From positions 71,884 to 135,883 of the forward strand of contig CAVQUB010000022.1 in the NCBI GenBank assembly GCA_963716725.1: a DNA stretch of 64,000 bases, written 5' to 3'. Of the stretch, positions 32,605 through 45,223 are shown one piece after another. Made by a program: the position numbers and the translations under genes. The stretch comes from an uncultured delta proteobacterium. GTDB taxonomy: Bacteria; Myxococcota_A; Polyangia; Polyangiales; Polyangiaceae. Within the stretch, counting starts at the first letter, position 1, and each line of letters opens with the position of its first letter. The notes beneath the pieces are model-generated. The model was not told the DNA's origin, did no database searches, and worked only from the letters and a program-made list of their open reading frames with translations.

Positions 32605-33321
32605 TCACGAGCTGACGGAGGAGAGGGTCGAGCGCGCGCCACGCGAAACCGACCAGGGCGCTCGGCTCGCTTGAAATGCCTGCCACGAGGCTTCGACCTG
32701 ATTGAAGCACATGCCTCGGCGAAGAAACTGGTTGGTGGTCACGTCGAGGATCGTCGACGCGAGCTTCTCCTTCGACTCGTAGTTCGACCGGCCGTAGTCG
32801 AAGACGACATCGGCCGCCGAGCGCATCGACTCCGGTACTGCGTCCAGCGAGTAGTTGTTGCCCGTGCCTGCCAGGTTCGCGCTCGATCCGACGATCAGAC
32901 GCGCGTCCTGTCGGGCGATCTCTGCGGTGCGCGAGATCAGCTCGCCCACGCCATAGAAGGTCGCGATGGTTCCCGCCTTGGTGCACTGCCCGAGCTGGTA
33001 GGCGTCGAAGCTCGCGAGCAAACGTGAGCTCGGATTGACGCGCGCCACCAACGCCATCGGCCAGGCGCGGACTGCGCGGTCCAACCATTGTCGCGTGCCG
33101 AGGTCGATCCCCGTCACCACGTCGTCCAAGATCGGAAGGGAGCCCACGGTGACGCAGGGCTTCTCGGCAGGTCGTCCCTTGAGCTCGTAGATCCGACGCA
33201 CGGCCTGGGGTCGCATCGCGACCAATCCGTAGCCGGTCTCGGTGCGCGCAAGTGCGAGCCCTCCAGACAGTAGGACTTCGTACATGTGACGCGCGTCGGA
33301 TTCGATGTCGTGAATAATCAT
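32605..33321 (-). CDS. Sua5/YciO/YrdC family protein (divergent)
   Basis: RTETGYGL, RIYELKGRPAEKP, SSANLAG, STILD. Confidence 0.75.
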   Translation of the reverse strand: MIIHDIESDARHMYEVLLSGGLALARTETGYGLVAMRPQAVRRIYELKGRPAEKPCVTVGSLPILDDVVTGIDLGTRQWLDRAVRAWPMALVARVNPSSRLLASFDAYQLGQCTKAGTIATFYGVGELISRTAEIARQDARLIVGSSANLAGTGNNYSLDAVPESMRSAADVVFDYGRSNYESKEKLASTILDVTTNQFLRRGMCFNQVEASWQAFQASRAPWSVSRGARSTLSSVSS

Positions 33322-33411
33322 GGCTCAATTGCTCCTGCTTCAGCCCCCGGGGTCCGGGAACCTACTGAAAGGCGTAGTCAATTTCTTCCCAGCAGATCTG
33401 TTCAGTGAATT

Positions 33412-35388
33412 TTGCTCAAAAGATCGGGCAGTCAGGGACGCGACGCGGGGGATTGGGCGCGTTACGCTTGTCCGATCGCCTCCTCGCCGCGCGACCAACC
33501 GCCGCCGTGCCCGCCCGACTCACTCGAGCTGGGCGCGGTGGGATCCGCCCTCGCCGCGCACTGCAGCGACTTCGTCGGCCTCATGAACGCCGACGGTGTC
33601 GCACTCTTCTTGAACCGCAGCGTGCGCGGCGCGCCAAAGGAGCAGGTCGAGGGCAAGCGGCTGGAGGAGTTCCTCTCGGCGGATCGCGCGCGGCAAGTTC
33701 GCGTTCTGCTCGAGGAGGCCAAACGCACCGGGCTTCCTACCGAGAGTGAAGAGGTGCACGTCAGCGCGCTCGACGGTACGGACCACTGGTTCGCCGAGAA
33801 GTGCGTGCCGATCCCCGGAGGCGATCACTTCCTGCTGGTGCGCACCGAGACCACGCATCTGCGTCGGAACAGCGAGGCACTCTCGGCCTCCGAAGAGCGC
33901 TACCGCGTGCTCTTCGAGCTGAACCCCGATCCGGTGGTGGTCTACGCCGCTGAATCCTTGGAGCTCCTGGCGGCGAACACCGCAGCGGAGCGCTTCTACG
34001 GCTGGACCCGGGACGAGCTCAGCGGTCGAACCGTCCTCGAGTTCTATCCTGACGATGAGCGCGAAGCCGTCAGGCATGCCTTCGAGGCGCGTCGAGCCCT
34101 GCCGCTCGGTGATCATCGCGGAGTGGTCACGCAGTTGCGGAGCGACGGTCAGACCCTCCGCGCCGAGGTCGTCGACCACCCCATCGAGTTTCGCGGGCAC
34201 GCCGCCCGGATTTGCGTATTGCGCGACGTCACGGAGCGCGAACGCCTGGAGACCCAGCTCCGGCAAGCGCAGAAGCTCGAGGCCGTCGGCGTCTTTGCCG
34301 GAGGAGTCGCCCACGACTTCAACAACCTGCTCAGCGCTGTCGCCGGATTCGCCTCGGTCACCCGAGAGAGCGCAGCTCCGGGAAGCGAGATCGCGGAGGA
34401 CATGGACGCCGTCCTCGACGCTGTGCGGCGCGGCTCCGATCTCACCAAGAAGCTGCTGCTCTTCACCAGGAAGCAGGCAGCGAAGAAGGAGAGCGTCGAT
34501 CTTGCTCAGGTCGTCGTCGAGTTCTCCTCGCTGCTGCGCCGCTTCGCCGGCAACAAAGCCGTGCTCGAGGTCGTGCAAGCGGCGGCGCCGCTGCCGATCT
34601 TCGCTGATCGAACCCTGATCGAGCAGGTGATCATGAACCTGGTGATCAACGCGGGCCAAGCCATGCCGGAGGGCGGCCGGATCACCATTACCGCTTCACG
34701 CTTGGACGCCGACGCACGGTTCGTCGAAGAACACCCTTGGGCACGGGTGGGCAGCTTCGCCGAGCTCAGCGTGGCCGACTCGGGAGTCGGCATGGATGCC
34801 GGCACAGTGGATCGGATGTTCGAGCCCTTCTTCACCACCAAGGCGGAGGGGACCGGGCTCGGCCTCGCGGTCGTGCACGGCATCGCCGAGCAGCATGGGG
34901 CGCTGGTGTCCGTGACGTCGGTTCGGGGAACCGGAACCACGTTTCGCTTCTTGTTCCCCTTGGCGCCGCTCCTCGAAGCCGCGGACGCTGCGGCGCTGCG
35001 CCCGCAGGCGCCGCGTGGGTCGGAGCGGGTGCTGGTCGCCGAGGACGAGCCGCAGCTCAGGTACCTTGCCGAGCGCGGGTTGAGCCGGCTGGGGTATCAG
35101 GTCGTGGCGGCCCGGGACGGCGCCGAAGCCCTGCGCGAGTTCGAGCAGAACCCCGACGCCTTCGACCTGGTGGTGCTCGACGTGGTGATGCCGACCCTGG
35201 GAGGCTGCGAGGCTTGGACTCGAATGCGAACCACGCGCCCGAAGCTGCGGGCGCTCTTCGTCACGGGCCACGCGCCGGAGTCGGTCGGACTCGACGAGGT
35301 GCTGCGCGAGCCGGAGTCGGCCTTGTTGCGCAAGCCCTTCACCTCCATCGAACTCGCCGAACGCGTGCGCAAACTGCTCGACTCCTGA
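33412..35388 (+). CDS. PAS-domain hybrid sensor histidine kinase (CckA-like HisKA-HATPase-REC); start uncertain
   Basis: Two PAS domains, GGVAHDFNNLL, MNLVINA, FFTTK..GTGLGL, C-terminal receiver. Confidence 0.9.
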   Translation: MLKRSGSQGRDAGDWARYACPIASSPRDQPPPCPPDSLELGAVGSALAAHCSDFVGLMNADGVALFLNRSVRGAPKEQVEGKRLEEFLSADRARQVRVLLEEAKRTGLPTESEEVHVSALDGTDHWFAEKCVPIPGGDHFLLVRTETTHLRRNSEALSASEERYRVLFELNPDPVVVYAAESLELLAANTAAERFYGWTRDELSGRTVLEFYPDDEREAVRHAFEARRALPLGDHRGVVTQLRSDGQTLRAEVVDHPIEFRGHAARICVLRDVTERERLETQLRQAQKLEAVGVFAGGVAHDFNNLLSAVAGFASVTRESAAPGSEIAEDMDAVLDAVRRGSDLTKKLLLFTRKQAAKKESVDLAQVVVEFSSLLRRFAGNKAVLEVVQAAAPLPIFADRTLIEQVIMNLVINAGQAMPEGGRITITASRLDADARFVEEHPWARVGSFAELSVADSGVGMDAGTVDRMFEPFFTTKAEGTGLGLAVVHGIAEQHGALVSVTSVRGTGTTFRFLFPLAPLLEAADAAALRPQAPRGSERVLVAEDEPQLRYLAERGLSRLGYQVVAARDGAEALREFEQNPDAFDLVVLDVVMPTLGGCEAWTRMRTTRPKLRALFVTGHAPESVGLDEVLREPESALLRKPFTSIELAERVRKLLDS

Positions 35389-35391
35389 CGC

Positions 35392-36087
35392 TCAAGTTCC
35401 GCGCCGGCCGTCGAACTGCTCGAGGTGCAGCCGCGGTGAGACGGCGACGCCACGCGCCAAGGCGGCGGCCGCGACGAAGGGCGCGCGGTGCAGGAGTTCC
35501 CGGCGCGTGCTGGCCTCGGGCATGAACAGCACGCGGGCCAGGGGCCAGGACAGCTCACGGATCAGCTGCTCGGCCTCTTCGACGTCGGCCTCGTCGGCGA
35601 CCACCAGCTTGAGCCAAGCGCGCCCGCTGGCCTTGAACGTGGCGAGGACCTGCGGGCGCAGCCGCAGACTCCGCCGGTTGCCGCTCTTCGAGAGCTTGGG
35701 GGACACGTTCCACTGATCGACTCGCGCCACGAGCTCCCGCGCCGGCTCGAGGGTTCCGTTGGTCTCGACCTCGATCACGAAGCCAGCCGGCAGCCCGCGC
35801 AAGAGCTCCGCGACTCCGGTTTGTTGCATCAGGGGCTCGCCGCCGGTCACCACCAAGCGGCGCGCGCTCGCCGACTCGACCTTGGCGGCAACTTCCGCGA
35901 CCGAGCGGGTCGTGACCTCGGCTTCGTAGCGGTAGTTGTTGAAGTCCCAGGTGTACTTGGTGTCGCACCAGGTGCAGTGCAGGTTGCAGGTCGCGAGGCG
36001 CAGAAACACCGCGGGCTCACCGGCGCTCGCACCTTCACCCTGAATGCTCTCGAAGATTTCGGAGACCTTCAGCGTTCGCAGCGTCAC
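35392..36087 (-). CDS. queE: 7-carboxy-7-deazaguanine synthase (radical SAM)
   Basis: EIFESIQGEG, CNLHCTWCDT, TGGEP, ETNGT, SPKL. Confidence 0.9.
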   Translation of the reverse strand: MTLRTLKVSEIFESIQGEGASAGEPAVFLRLATCNLHCTWCDTKYTWDFNNYRYEAEVTTRSVAEVAAKVESASARRLVVTGGEPLMQQTGVAELLRGLPAGFVIEVETNGTLEPARELVARVDQWNVSPKLSKSGNRRSLRLRPQVLATFKASGRAWLKLVVADEADVEEAEQLIRELSWPLARVLFMPEASTRRELLHRAPFVAAAALARGVAVSPRLHLEQFDGRRGT

Positions 36088-36164
36088 GGCTGAAGGATTG
36101 GGCGCGCGGCTCGGCGGTGCAAGGCCGTTTCGTCAGCCGCCCTGCCCGTGCTAGGTGGCTGGCC

Positions 36165-36911
36165 ATGGCCGACAAACGCCAAGGCTTGCCGCTGAACTCG
36201 ATCCGACCCGTGGAGGTCAGCCCAGGCTTCCACCGCTTCGCCGAGGGTTCGGTCTTGTACCGTGCTGGCGGCACTCGCCTCCTGGTCACCGCCAGCATCG
36301 ACGACGGGGTGCCCGAGTTCATGCGCGGCCGCGGCAAGGGCTGGATCACCGCCGAGTACCAGATGCACCCTCGGGCCAACCCCAAGCGCCGCGAGAACCG
36401 CGACGGGCGTGACAAACCGCTCTCGGGTCGCTCGCGCGAGATCCAGCGCCTGATCGGCCGCGCGCTGCGAGCCGCGGTGGATCTGGATCGCCTGGGAGAG
36501 CGCAGCATCGTCATTGACGCCGACGTGATCGAGGCCGACGGCGGCACCCGGACGGCGGCCATCACCGGCGGCTTCATCGCGCTTGCCATGGCCCTCGACA
36601 AGCTGCGCCTCGACAAGAAGGTCCTGCGCGATCAGATCGCCGCCGTGAGTGTGGGGCACGTGGACGGGAAGTACGCGCTCGATCTCTGTTACGCCGAAGA
36701 CAGCACCGCGCGGGTGGATCTCAACGTGGTCGCGACCGCCAAGGGCGGCATGGTCGAGATCCAGGGCACCGCCGAGGGGGAGCCCGTGCCCCGGGAGGAC
36801 CTCGATGCGATGATCGACCTGGGCTTGATCGGCGTCGCGGAGCTGTGCGTGGTCCAGCGCAAAGCGCTCGAAACCGTGGGCATCGATCTGGCGCGCCTGA
36901 TGCCGAGCTGA
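36165..36911 (+). CDS. rph: ribonuclease PH
   Basis: GWITAEY, SGRSREIQRLIGRALR, ADGGTRTAAITG, LDLCYAED, EIQGTAEG. Confidence 0.95.
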   Translation: MADKRQGLPLNSIRPVEVSPGFHRFAEGSVLYRAGGTRLLVTASIDDGVPEFMRGRGKGWITAEYQMHPRANPKRRENRDGRDKPLSGRSREIQRLIGRALRAAVDLDRLGERSIVIDADVIEADGGTRTAAITGGFIALAMALDKLRLDKKVLRDQIAAVSVGHVDGKYALDLCYAEDSTARVDLNVVATAKGGMVEIQGTAEGEPVPREDLDAMIDLGLIGVAELCVVQRKALETVGIDLARLMPS

Positions 36912-36914
36912 GCC

Positions 36915-38183
36915 ATGGGACGCACCCGAGAGCTCGCCGACGCGCTCTGGTCCGGAGCGAAGAGCACCGGAAATCTTCAGCCGATCTCGCTCTTGCTCGG
37001 CCTCGAAGAGATGCAGCCGGGGCTCGCCTTCGTCTCGAGCTTCGGCAATCTGACCGCGCTCCGCGGCGACGACGGCCTGACGTTGATCGACACCGGCGGC
37101 TTCTTCTTGGCGGGTCAGAACCACGCCTCGGTGCGTGAGTGGTGCGAGGATCCGCTGCGAGTCGCCATCTACACCCACGGCCACGTCGATCACGCCTTCG
37201 GCGTCCCGCCCTTCGAGGCCGAAAGCCACGGCAAGGCTGAGGTCATCGCTCACGAGGCGGTGCGCGATCGCTTCGATCGCTACCAGCTCACGGCGGGCTA
37301 CAACCGCGTGATCAACGGCCGGCAGTTCGGCGTCGCGGCCTGGCCCACGCGAGTATCGCTACCCGGATCGAACCTACCGCGATCGCCTCGAGTTGGTGGT
37401 TGGCGGCGAGCAGCTCGAGCTCGTTCACGCGCGGGGCGAGACCGACGACCACACCTACGTGTGGATGCCCCAACGCAAGGTGTTGTGTCCCGGGGATCTC
37501 TTCATCTGGGCGTCGCCCAACTGCGGCAATCCGCAGAAGGTGCAGCGCTTTCCCCGCGAGTGGGCGGCGGCGCTCCGGCAGATGTCGGCGCTGGGCGCGG
37601 AGCTGCTCTTGCCGGGCCACGGCCCGCCCATCGAGGGCAACGATCGCGTCGAGCAGGCCCTGAGCGAGACCGCCGAGTTGCTCGAGTTCTTGGTCGAAGC
37701 GACCCTCGAGCGCATGAACGCCGGCCTGCGCCTGGACGCCATCCTGGCCGAGGTGAAGGCGCCGGCGCGCTTGCTGGAGCGCCCGTACCTGCGCCCCGTC
37801 TACGACGAGCCGGAGTTCATCGTGCGCAACCTGTGGCGGCTGTACGGTGGCTGGTGGGACGGCAACCCAGCGCACCTGAAGCCTGCGCCCGAGGCGGCGG
37901 TGGCCCGCGAGATCGTGGACCTCGCCGGCGGCGCTCCCGCATTGGTTGCGCGGGCCGAGGCGCTGGCAGAACAGGGAGATCTGGCCCTTGCTGCACATCT
38001 GGTCGAGCTGGCGTGGCAGGCTCTGCCCAGCGATCCCGAGGTCCGACGCGGTGCGCTCGCGAGCTCTACGCCGCACGCGCCGATGCGGAGGTGAGCCTGA
38101 TGGCCACGAACATTTTCGCGCGACCGCCGACGAAAGCTGAGCTGGCGCGTCACCGACCGGGCCTTAGCTTGTCCAGGTCATGA
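36915..38183 (+). CDS. MBL-fold alkyl/aryl-sulfatase-like hydrolase (frameshifts ~37350, ~38050); end approximate
   Basis: THGHVDH, HARGETDDH, PNCGNPQK, PGHG, YGGWWDGNP. Confidence 0.8.
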   Translation: MGRTRELADALWSGAKSTGNLQPISLLLGLEEMQPGLAFVSSFGNLTALRGDDGLTLIDTGGFFLAGQNHASVREWCEDPLRVAIYTHGHVDHAFGVPPFEAESHGKAEVIAHEAVRDRFDRYQLTAGYNRVINGRQFGVAAWPTRVSLPGSNLPRSPRVGGWRRAARARSRAGRDRRPHLRVDAPTQGVVSRGSLHLGVAQLRQSAEGAALSPRVGGGAPADVGAGRGAALAGPRPAHRGQRSRRAGPERDRRVARVLGRSDPRAHERRPAPGRHPGRGEGAGALAGAPVPAPRLRRAGVHRAQPVAAVRWLVGRQPSAPEACARGGGGPRDRGPRRRRSRIGCAGRGAGRTGRSGPCCTSGRAGVAGSAQRSRGPTRCARELYAARADAEVSLMATNIFARPPTKAELARHRPGLSLSRS

Positions 38184-39268
38184 ACCCGAAGCTCGGCGCG
38201 AACCAGGTGCGCGGTCGCTGGCAGCACGCCCTCGATGACGGGCGCATCCAGTGCGATCTGTGCCCGCGCTATTGCCGACTGCACGACGGCCAGCGAGCCT
38301 TCTGCTTCATCCGCGAGCGCATCGGCGACGAGATCTTTCTCTCGAGCTACGGACGGGCGACCGGCTTCTGCATCGATCCCATCGAGAAGAAGCCGCTCTA
38401 CCACTTCTACCCGGGCTCCAGCGTGCTGAGCTTCGGCACCGCCGGCTGCAATCTGGGCTGCAAGTTCTGCCAGAACTGGGACATCTCCAAGGCCAAGGAG
38501 ATCGAGAAGCTGACCGACCTGGCGACTCCGGCGCAGATCGCCGAGGCGGCGCTGCGCGAGGGCTGCAAGAGCGTCGCGTTCACCTACAACGATCCGGTCA
38601 TCTTCGCGGAATACGCCATCGACTGCGCGAAGGAGTGCCGGGCGCGGGGGGTCAAGACCGTCGCGGTCACCGCCGGGTACATCACGCCCGAGGCCCGAGC
38701 TGACTTCTTCTCGGTGATCGACGCGGTGAACGTGGATCTCAAGGCCTTCGACCCCGATTTCTACCAGAGGCTGTGCTCGGCCGAGCTCGCGCCGGTGCTC
38801 GACACGCTGAAGTGGTTGAAACACGAGACCGACCTGTGGCTCGAGGTGACGACGCTGCTCATCCCCGGCCACAACGACTCGATCGAAGAGGTCGACCGGC
38901 TCTGCGATTGGTTCGCGCATGAACTCGGGCCTGACGTGCCGCTGCATTTCAGCGCGTTCCACCCAGACTTCAAGCTGCTGGACGTGCCGGTCACGCCGCC
39001 TGGGACCTGCCAGCGCGCTCGGGAGCAGGCTCTGGCCCACGGGATTCGCTACGTGTACTCCGGCAACATCCATGACGTGACCGGCGGCTCGACGAGCTGT
39101 CCGACCTGCCAGGCCGTGCTCATCGAGCGCGACTGGTACGAGCTCGGCCGTTACGCGCTCGACGGCAATCGTTGTCGAGCGTGCGGTGCGATCGTCGCCG
39201 GTTGCTTCGCGCCAGAGGGCATCAAGTCAGCGTGGGGGCGCCGCCGTCAGCGGCTGACCATCGTTTGA
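38180..39268 (+). CDS. AmmeMemoRadiSam system radical SAM enzyme
   Basis: CDLCPRYC, DPIEKKPLYHF, GCNLGCKFCQNW, TYNDP, YSGNIH. Confidence 0.9.
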   Translation: MNPKLGANQVRGRWQHALDDGRIQCDLCPRYCRLHDGQRAFCFIRERIGDEIFLSSYGRATGFCIDPIEKKPLYHFYPGSSVLSFGTAGCNLGCKFCQNWDISKAKEIEKLTDLATPAQIAEAALREGCKSVAFTYNDPVIFAEYAIDCAKECRARGVKTVAVTAGYITPEARADFFSVIDAVNVDLKAFDPDFYQRLCSAELAPVLDTLKWLKHETDLWLEVTTLLIPGHNDSIEEVDRLCDWFAHELGPDVPLHFSAFHPDFKLLDVPVTPPGTCQRAREQALAHGIRYVYSGNIHDVTGGSTSCPTCQAVLIERDWYELGRYALDGNRCRACGAIVAGCFAPEGIKSAWGRRRQRLTIV

Positions 39269-39310
39269 GCTCAGAGGAGCGCTCTGATAGCGTGGCGCCG
39301 GAGTCTCGGG

Positions 39311-40870
39311 ATGGGAGGGTCGGACGAAGGGAAGACGATTGAAGCACACGCGATCGGCGCGGTGACGTCCAGGCTCGAGCTCACGGCGCTCAACGCCCTG
39401 GCCAACGCGGTCATGTTCACCGATCGGAGCGGCACCATCCTGTGGGTGAACGCCGCCTGGGAATCCATGACCGGCTTCTCCGAGGCCGAGGTGATCGGAA
39501 ACACGCCGCGCATCCTCAAGTCGGGGCTCCAGACCCAAGATTTTTACGCGGAACTCTGGGGCACCATCTTGGCCGGTCGCGTGTGGAAGAGCGAACTGAT
39601 GAACAGGCGAAAAGATGGCAGCCTGTATTGCGAGGAAGAGACCATCACCCCGCTCACTGGCCAGGACGGTGAAGTCACGCATTTCGTCGCGATCAAGCAG
39701 GACATCTCGGCGCGAAAGCAGGTGGAAAACGCGCTCCGAGAGAGCGAAGAACGAGCGCGCCGCGCCGCCCACGAGTTGGCTACGGTCTTCGAGCATTCCG
39801 TCGACGTCATCTGCGTCTTCGACGAGCAGGTCCGCTTCGTGAAGGTGAGCCCCGCCTGCGAGCGATCCTGGGGTTATTCGCAGGCGGAGCTGTTGGGCAC
39901 GACCTTCCTCGACAAAGTCGTCGAAGAAGACCGCGCCAAGACCATCGAGAGCGCGCGGAAAGTCACGGCCGGCAAGCACCTCCAAGCGTTCCAGAACCGC
40001 ATCTCGCGCAAGGACGGCTCGGTCATCGACCTGATGTGGTCGGCGTCGTGGTCCGCGACCGACCGCCGGTACTTCTGCATCGGGAGCGACGTGACCGAAG
40101 TCGAGGAGATGCGCCGAGCCGCGCGCCAGCAGACCCTCGAACTCGCGGCGGCGAAGGAGCGCGCGGAGGCCGCCGATCGGCTCAAGTCGGCGTTTCTTGC
40201 CAACATGTCCCACGAGCTTCGGACGCCACTCAACTCGATCATCGGATTTACCGGGATCTTGCTGCAGGGCATGGCCGGGCCCCTCAACGCCGAGCAGAAG
40301 AAGCAGCTCGAGATGGTGCGCGGCAGCTCGCGTCACCTGCTGGCGCTGATCAACGACGTGCTGGACATCTCGAAGATCGAAGCGGGGCAGCTGTCGGTGC
40401 GCCGCGAGCCTTTCCAGCTCGGTCCGTCTATCGATCGGATCGTCGCCAGCGTGCGACCGCTGGCGGAAGACAAGGGACTCGGGCTCGAGGTGGTGGCGCC
40501 GGTCGAGGTCGGCGAGCTGGTGAGCGACCCGCGACGCGTCGAGCAGATCCTGCTGAACCTCCTGTCGAACGCGGTCAAGTTCACCGAAAGCGGCCAGATC
40601 ACGCTGCAGGTCGAGATCGCCGGCGGCGCGGTGAGCCTGGCGGTCTCGGACACGGGCATCGGGATCAAGCCCGAGGAGCTGGTGCGGGCATTCCTGCCTT
40701 TTACTCAGCTCGATGCTGGCCTCGCGCGCAGCCACGAAGGAACGGGCCTGGGGCTGGCCATCTCCAGGAAGCTCGCGACCTTGCTGGGGGGTGAGCTCCG
40801 GGCCGAGAGCGAGTGGGGCAAGGGCAGCCGCTTCGTCTTCACCGTTCCCAAGGAGCCCGCGCCGCCATGA
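39311..40870 (+). CDS. PAS-PAS sensor histidine kinase
   Basis: FLANMSHELRTPLN, NLLSNAVKFT, GTGLGL. Confidence 0.92.
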   Translation: MGGSDEGKTIEAHAIGAVTSRLELTALNALANAVMFTDRSGTILWVNAAWESMTGFSEAEVIGNTPRILKSGLQTQDFYAELWGTILAGRVWKSELMNRRKDGSLYCEEETITPLTGQDGEVTHFVAIKQDISARKQVENALRESEERARRAAHELATVFEHSVDVICVFDEQVRFVKVSPACERSWGYSQAELLGTTFLDKVVEEDRAKTIESARKVTAGKHLQAFQNRISRKDGSVIDLMWSASWSATDRRYFCIGSDVTEVEEMRRAARQQTLELAAAKERAEAADRLKSAFLANMSHELRTPLNSIIGFTGILLQGMAGPLNAEQKKQLEMVRGSSRHLLALINDVLDISKIEAGQLSVRREPFQLGPSIDRIVASVRPLAEDKGLGLEVVAPVEVGELVSDPRRVEQILLNLLSNAVKFTESGQITLQVEIAGGAVSLAVSDTGIGIKPEELVRAFLPFTQLDAGLARSHEGTGLGLAISRKLATLLGGELRAESEWGKGSRFVFTVPKEPAPP

Positions 40871-41244
40871 AGCGCCACATCTTGCTGATCGAAGACAACG
40901 AGCAGAACCGCTACCTGACCACTTTCTTGCTCGAGAAACACGGCTATCGGGTGACGTCGTGCAGCGACCGGCCCCGCTGGCGTGCAGCTCGCGCGCGAGC
41001 TCCTCCCGGATCTGATCTTGCTCGACGTTCAGCTGCCCGGCATGGATGGCTACGCCGTAGCGACGGCGCTCAAGGCCGACGCTCGGACAAGCGGCATCCC
41101 GATCGTGGTGGTGACTTCCTGTGCGATGGCGGGTGATCGCGAGAAGGTGCTCGCGACCGGCGCCGAGGGCTACCTCGAAAAACCCATCGATCCGGAGACT
41201 TTTGTGGGCGACGTGGAGCGCTATCTGGTGGCCGGGGGGTCGAC

Positions 41245-41248
<4 letters not shown>
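40867..41248 (+). CDS. single-domain response regulator (frameshift ~40970)
   Basis: LLIEDN...LILLDVQLPGMDG...T...EKPID over two frames. Confidence 0.85.
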
Positions 41249-44431
<3,183 letters not shown>

Positions 44432-44434
44432 GTC

Positions 44435-45118
44435 TCAGTCGTCTCCGAACGCGTAGCGATGCAGCATGTCGGCCAGGGCGGCGCGGATCGCCTGGGCTTC
44501 TTCCGGCGAGGGCGCGGGACCGCGTAGCCCCGCCGTCACCAGCGCGACGTCTTGAGCGGCGACGGAGATCACCCGCGCTGCGGCGTCGGCATCCGGGATG
44601 CGCGCAGCGGGCACGTTCTGTCGAATGAGCGCCGCAATGGCACTCTGCCCGCGCTGCTCGTATTCGTCGCGCAGTTGGGCCAGCTCGTCGTCCCGCATGG
44701 CAACCGCCAAAAACTCGCGAGTCAGGCGCGGATTGTCGGCAGTGCTCTCGAACAAGACGTCGATGACTTGGTCGATGGTGGCGCGGCGTTCGCGAAGCGT
44801 CCGCGTGGAAGCGAAGGCCTCCGGCGTGAGGCGAGTGACGACGCTCTCGTAGGACCGCTCGAGGTGGCGCTGGGAGAGCTCGACGAAGGCCTGCCGCTTG
44901 TCGGTGAAGTAGCGGTAGAAGGTGCCGACCGCCACGCCGGCCCGTTCGGCGATGTCCGGGGTCTGGGTGTCGTCATAGCCGCGCTCCGCAAACACCTCGG
45001 CGGCGGCCTCGAGCAGCCGCTGGTGGGTGTCCCGCGCCCGCTGCTGGACGAAGGTCCGCGTTGGCGGCCCGTCCTCCGGGTCCGGCGGAATTGCCCGGGA
45101 AGATCGGGGCTCTGCCAC
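44435..45118 (-). CDS. TetR/AcrR family regulator
   Basis: LLEAAAEVFAERGY...IAERAGVAVGTFYRYFTDK. Confidence 0.92.
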   Translation of the reverse strand: MAEPRSSRAIPPDPEDGPPTRTFVQQRARDTHQRLLEAAAEVFAERGYDDTQTPDIAERAGVAVGTFYRYFTDKRQAFVELSQRHLERSYESVVTRLTPEAFASTRTLRERRATIDQVIDVLFESTADNPRLTREFLAVAMRDDELAQLRDEYEQRGQSAIAALIRQNVPAARIPDADAAARVISVAAQDVALVTAGLRGPAPSPEEAQAIRAALADMLHRYAFGDD

Positions 45119-45143
45119 TCGCTCAGCCTACCTGACCCCGGGG

Positions 45144-45211
45144 AAAAGTGAACCCGACTTCGGTTTCTACTTGACGATAGTCAATTCAAACATGAAACTG
45201 GGTTCAGTTTT
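45144..45211. promoter_or_regulatory. dyad-symmetric control region with putative TetR operators
   Basis: 45144-45161 and 45194-45211 are 14/18 inverted copies centred on TTGACGATAGTCAA (45171-45184). Confidence 0.6.
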
Positions 45212-45223
45212 AGGGAGGTCCCG

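Noticed and set aside
38180..39268. Complete AmmeMemoRadiSam system
   Set aside because: No AMMECR1 or Memo partner gene is recognisable in the window.
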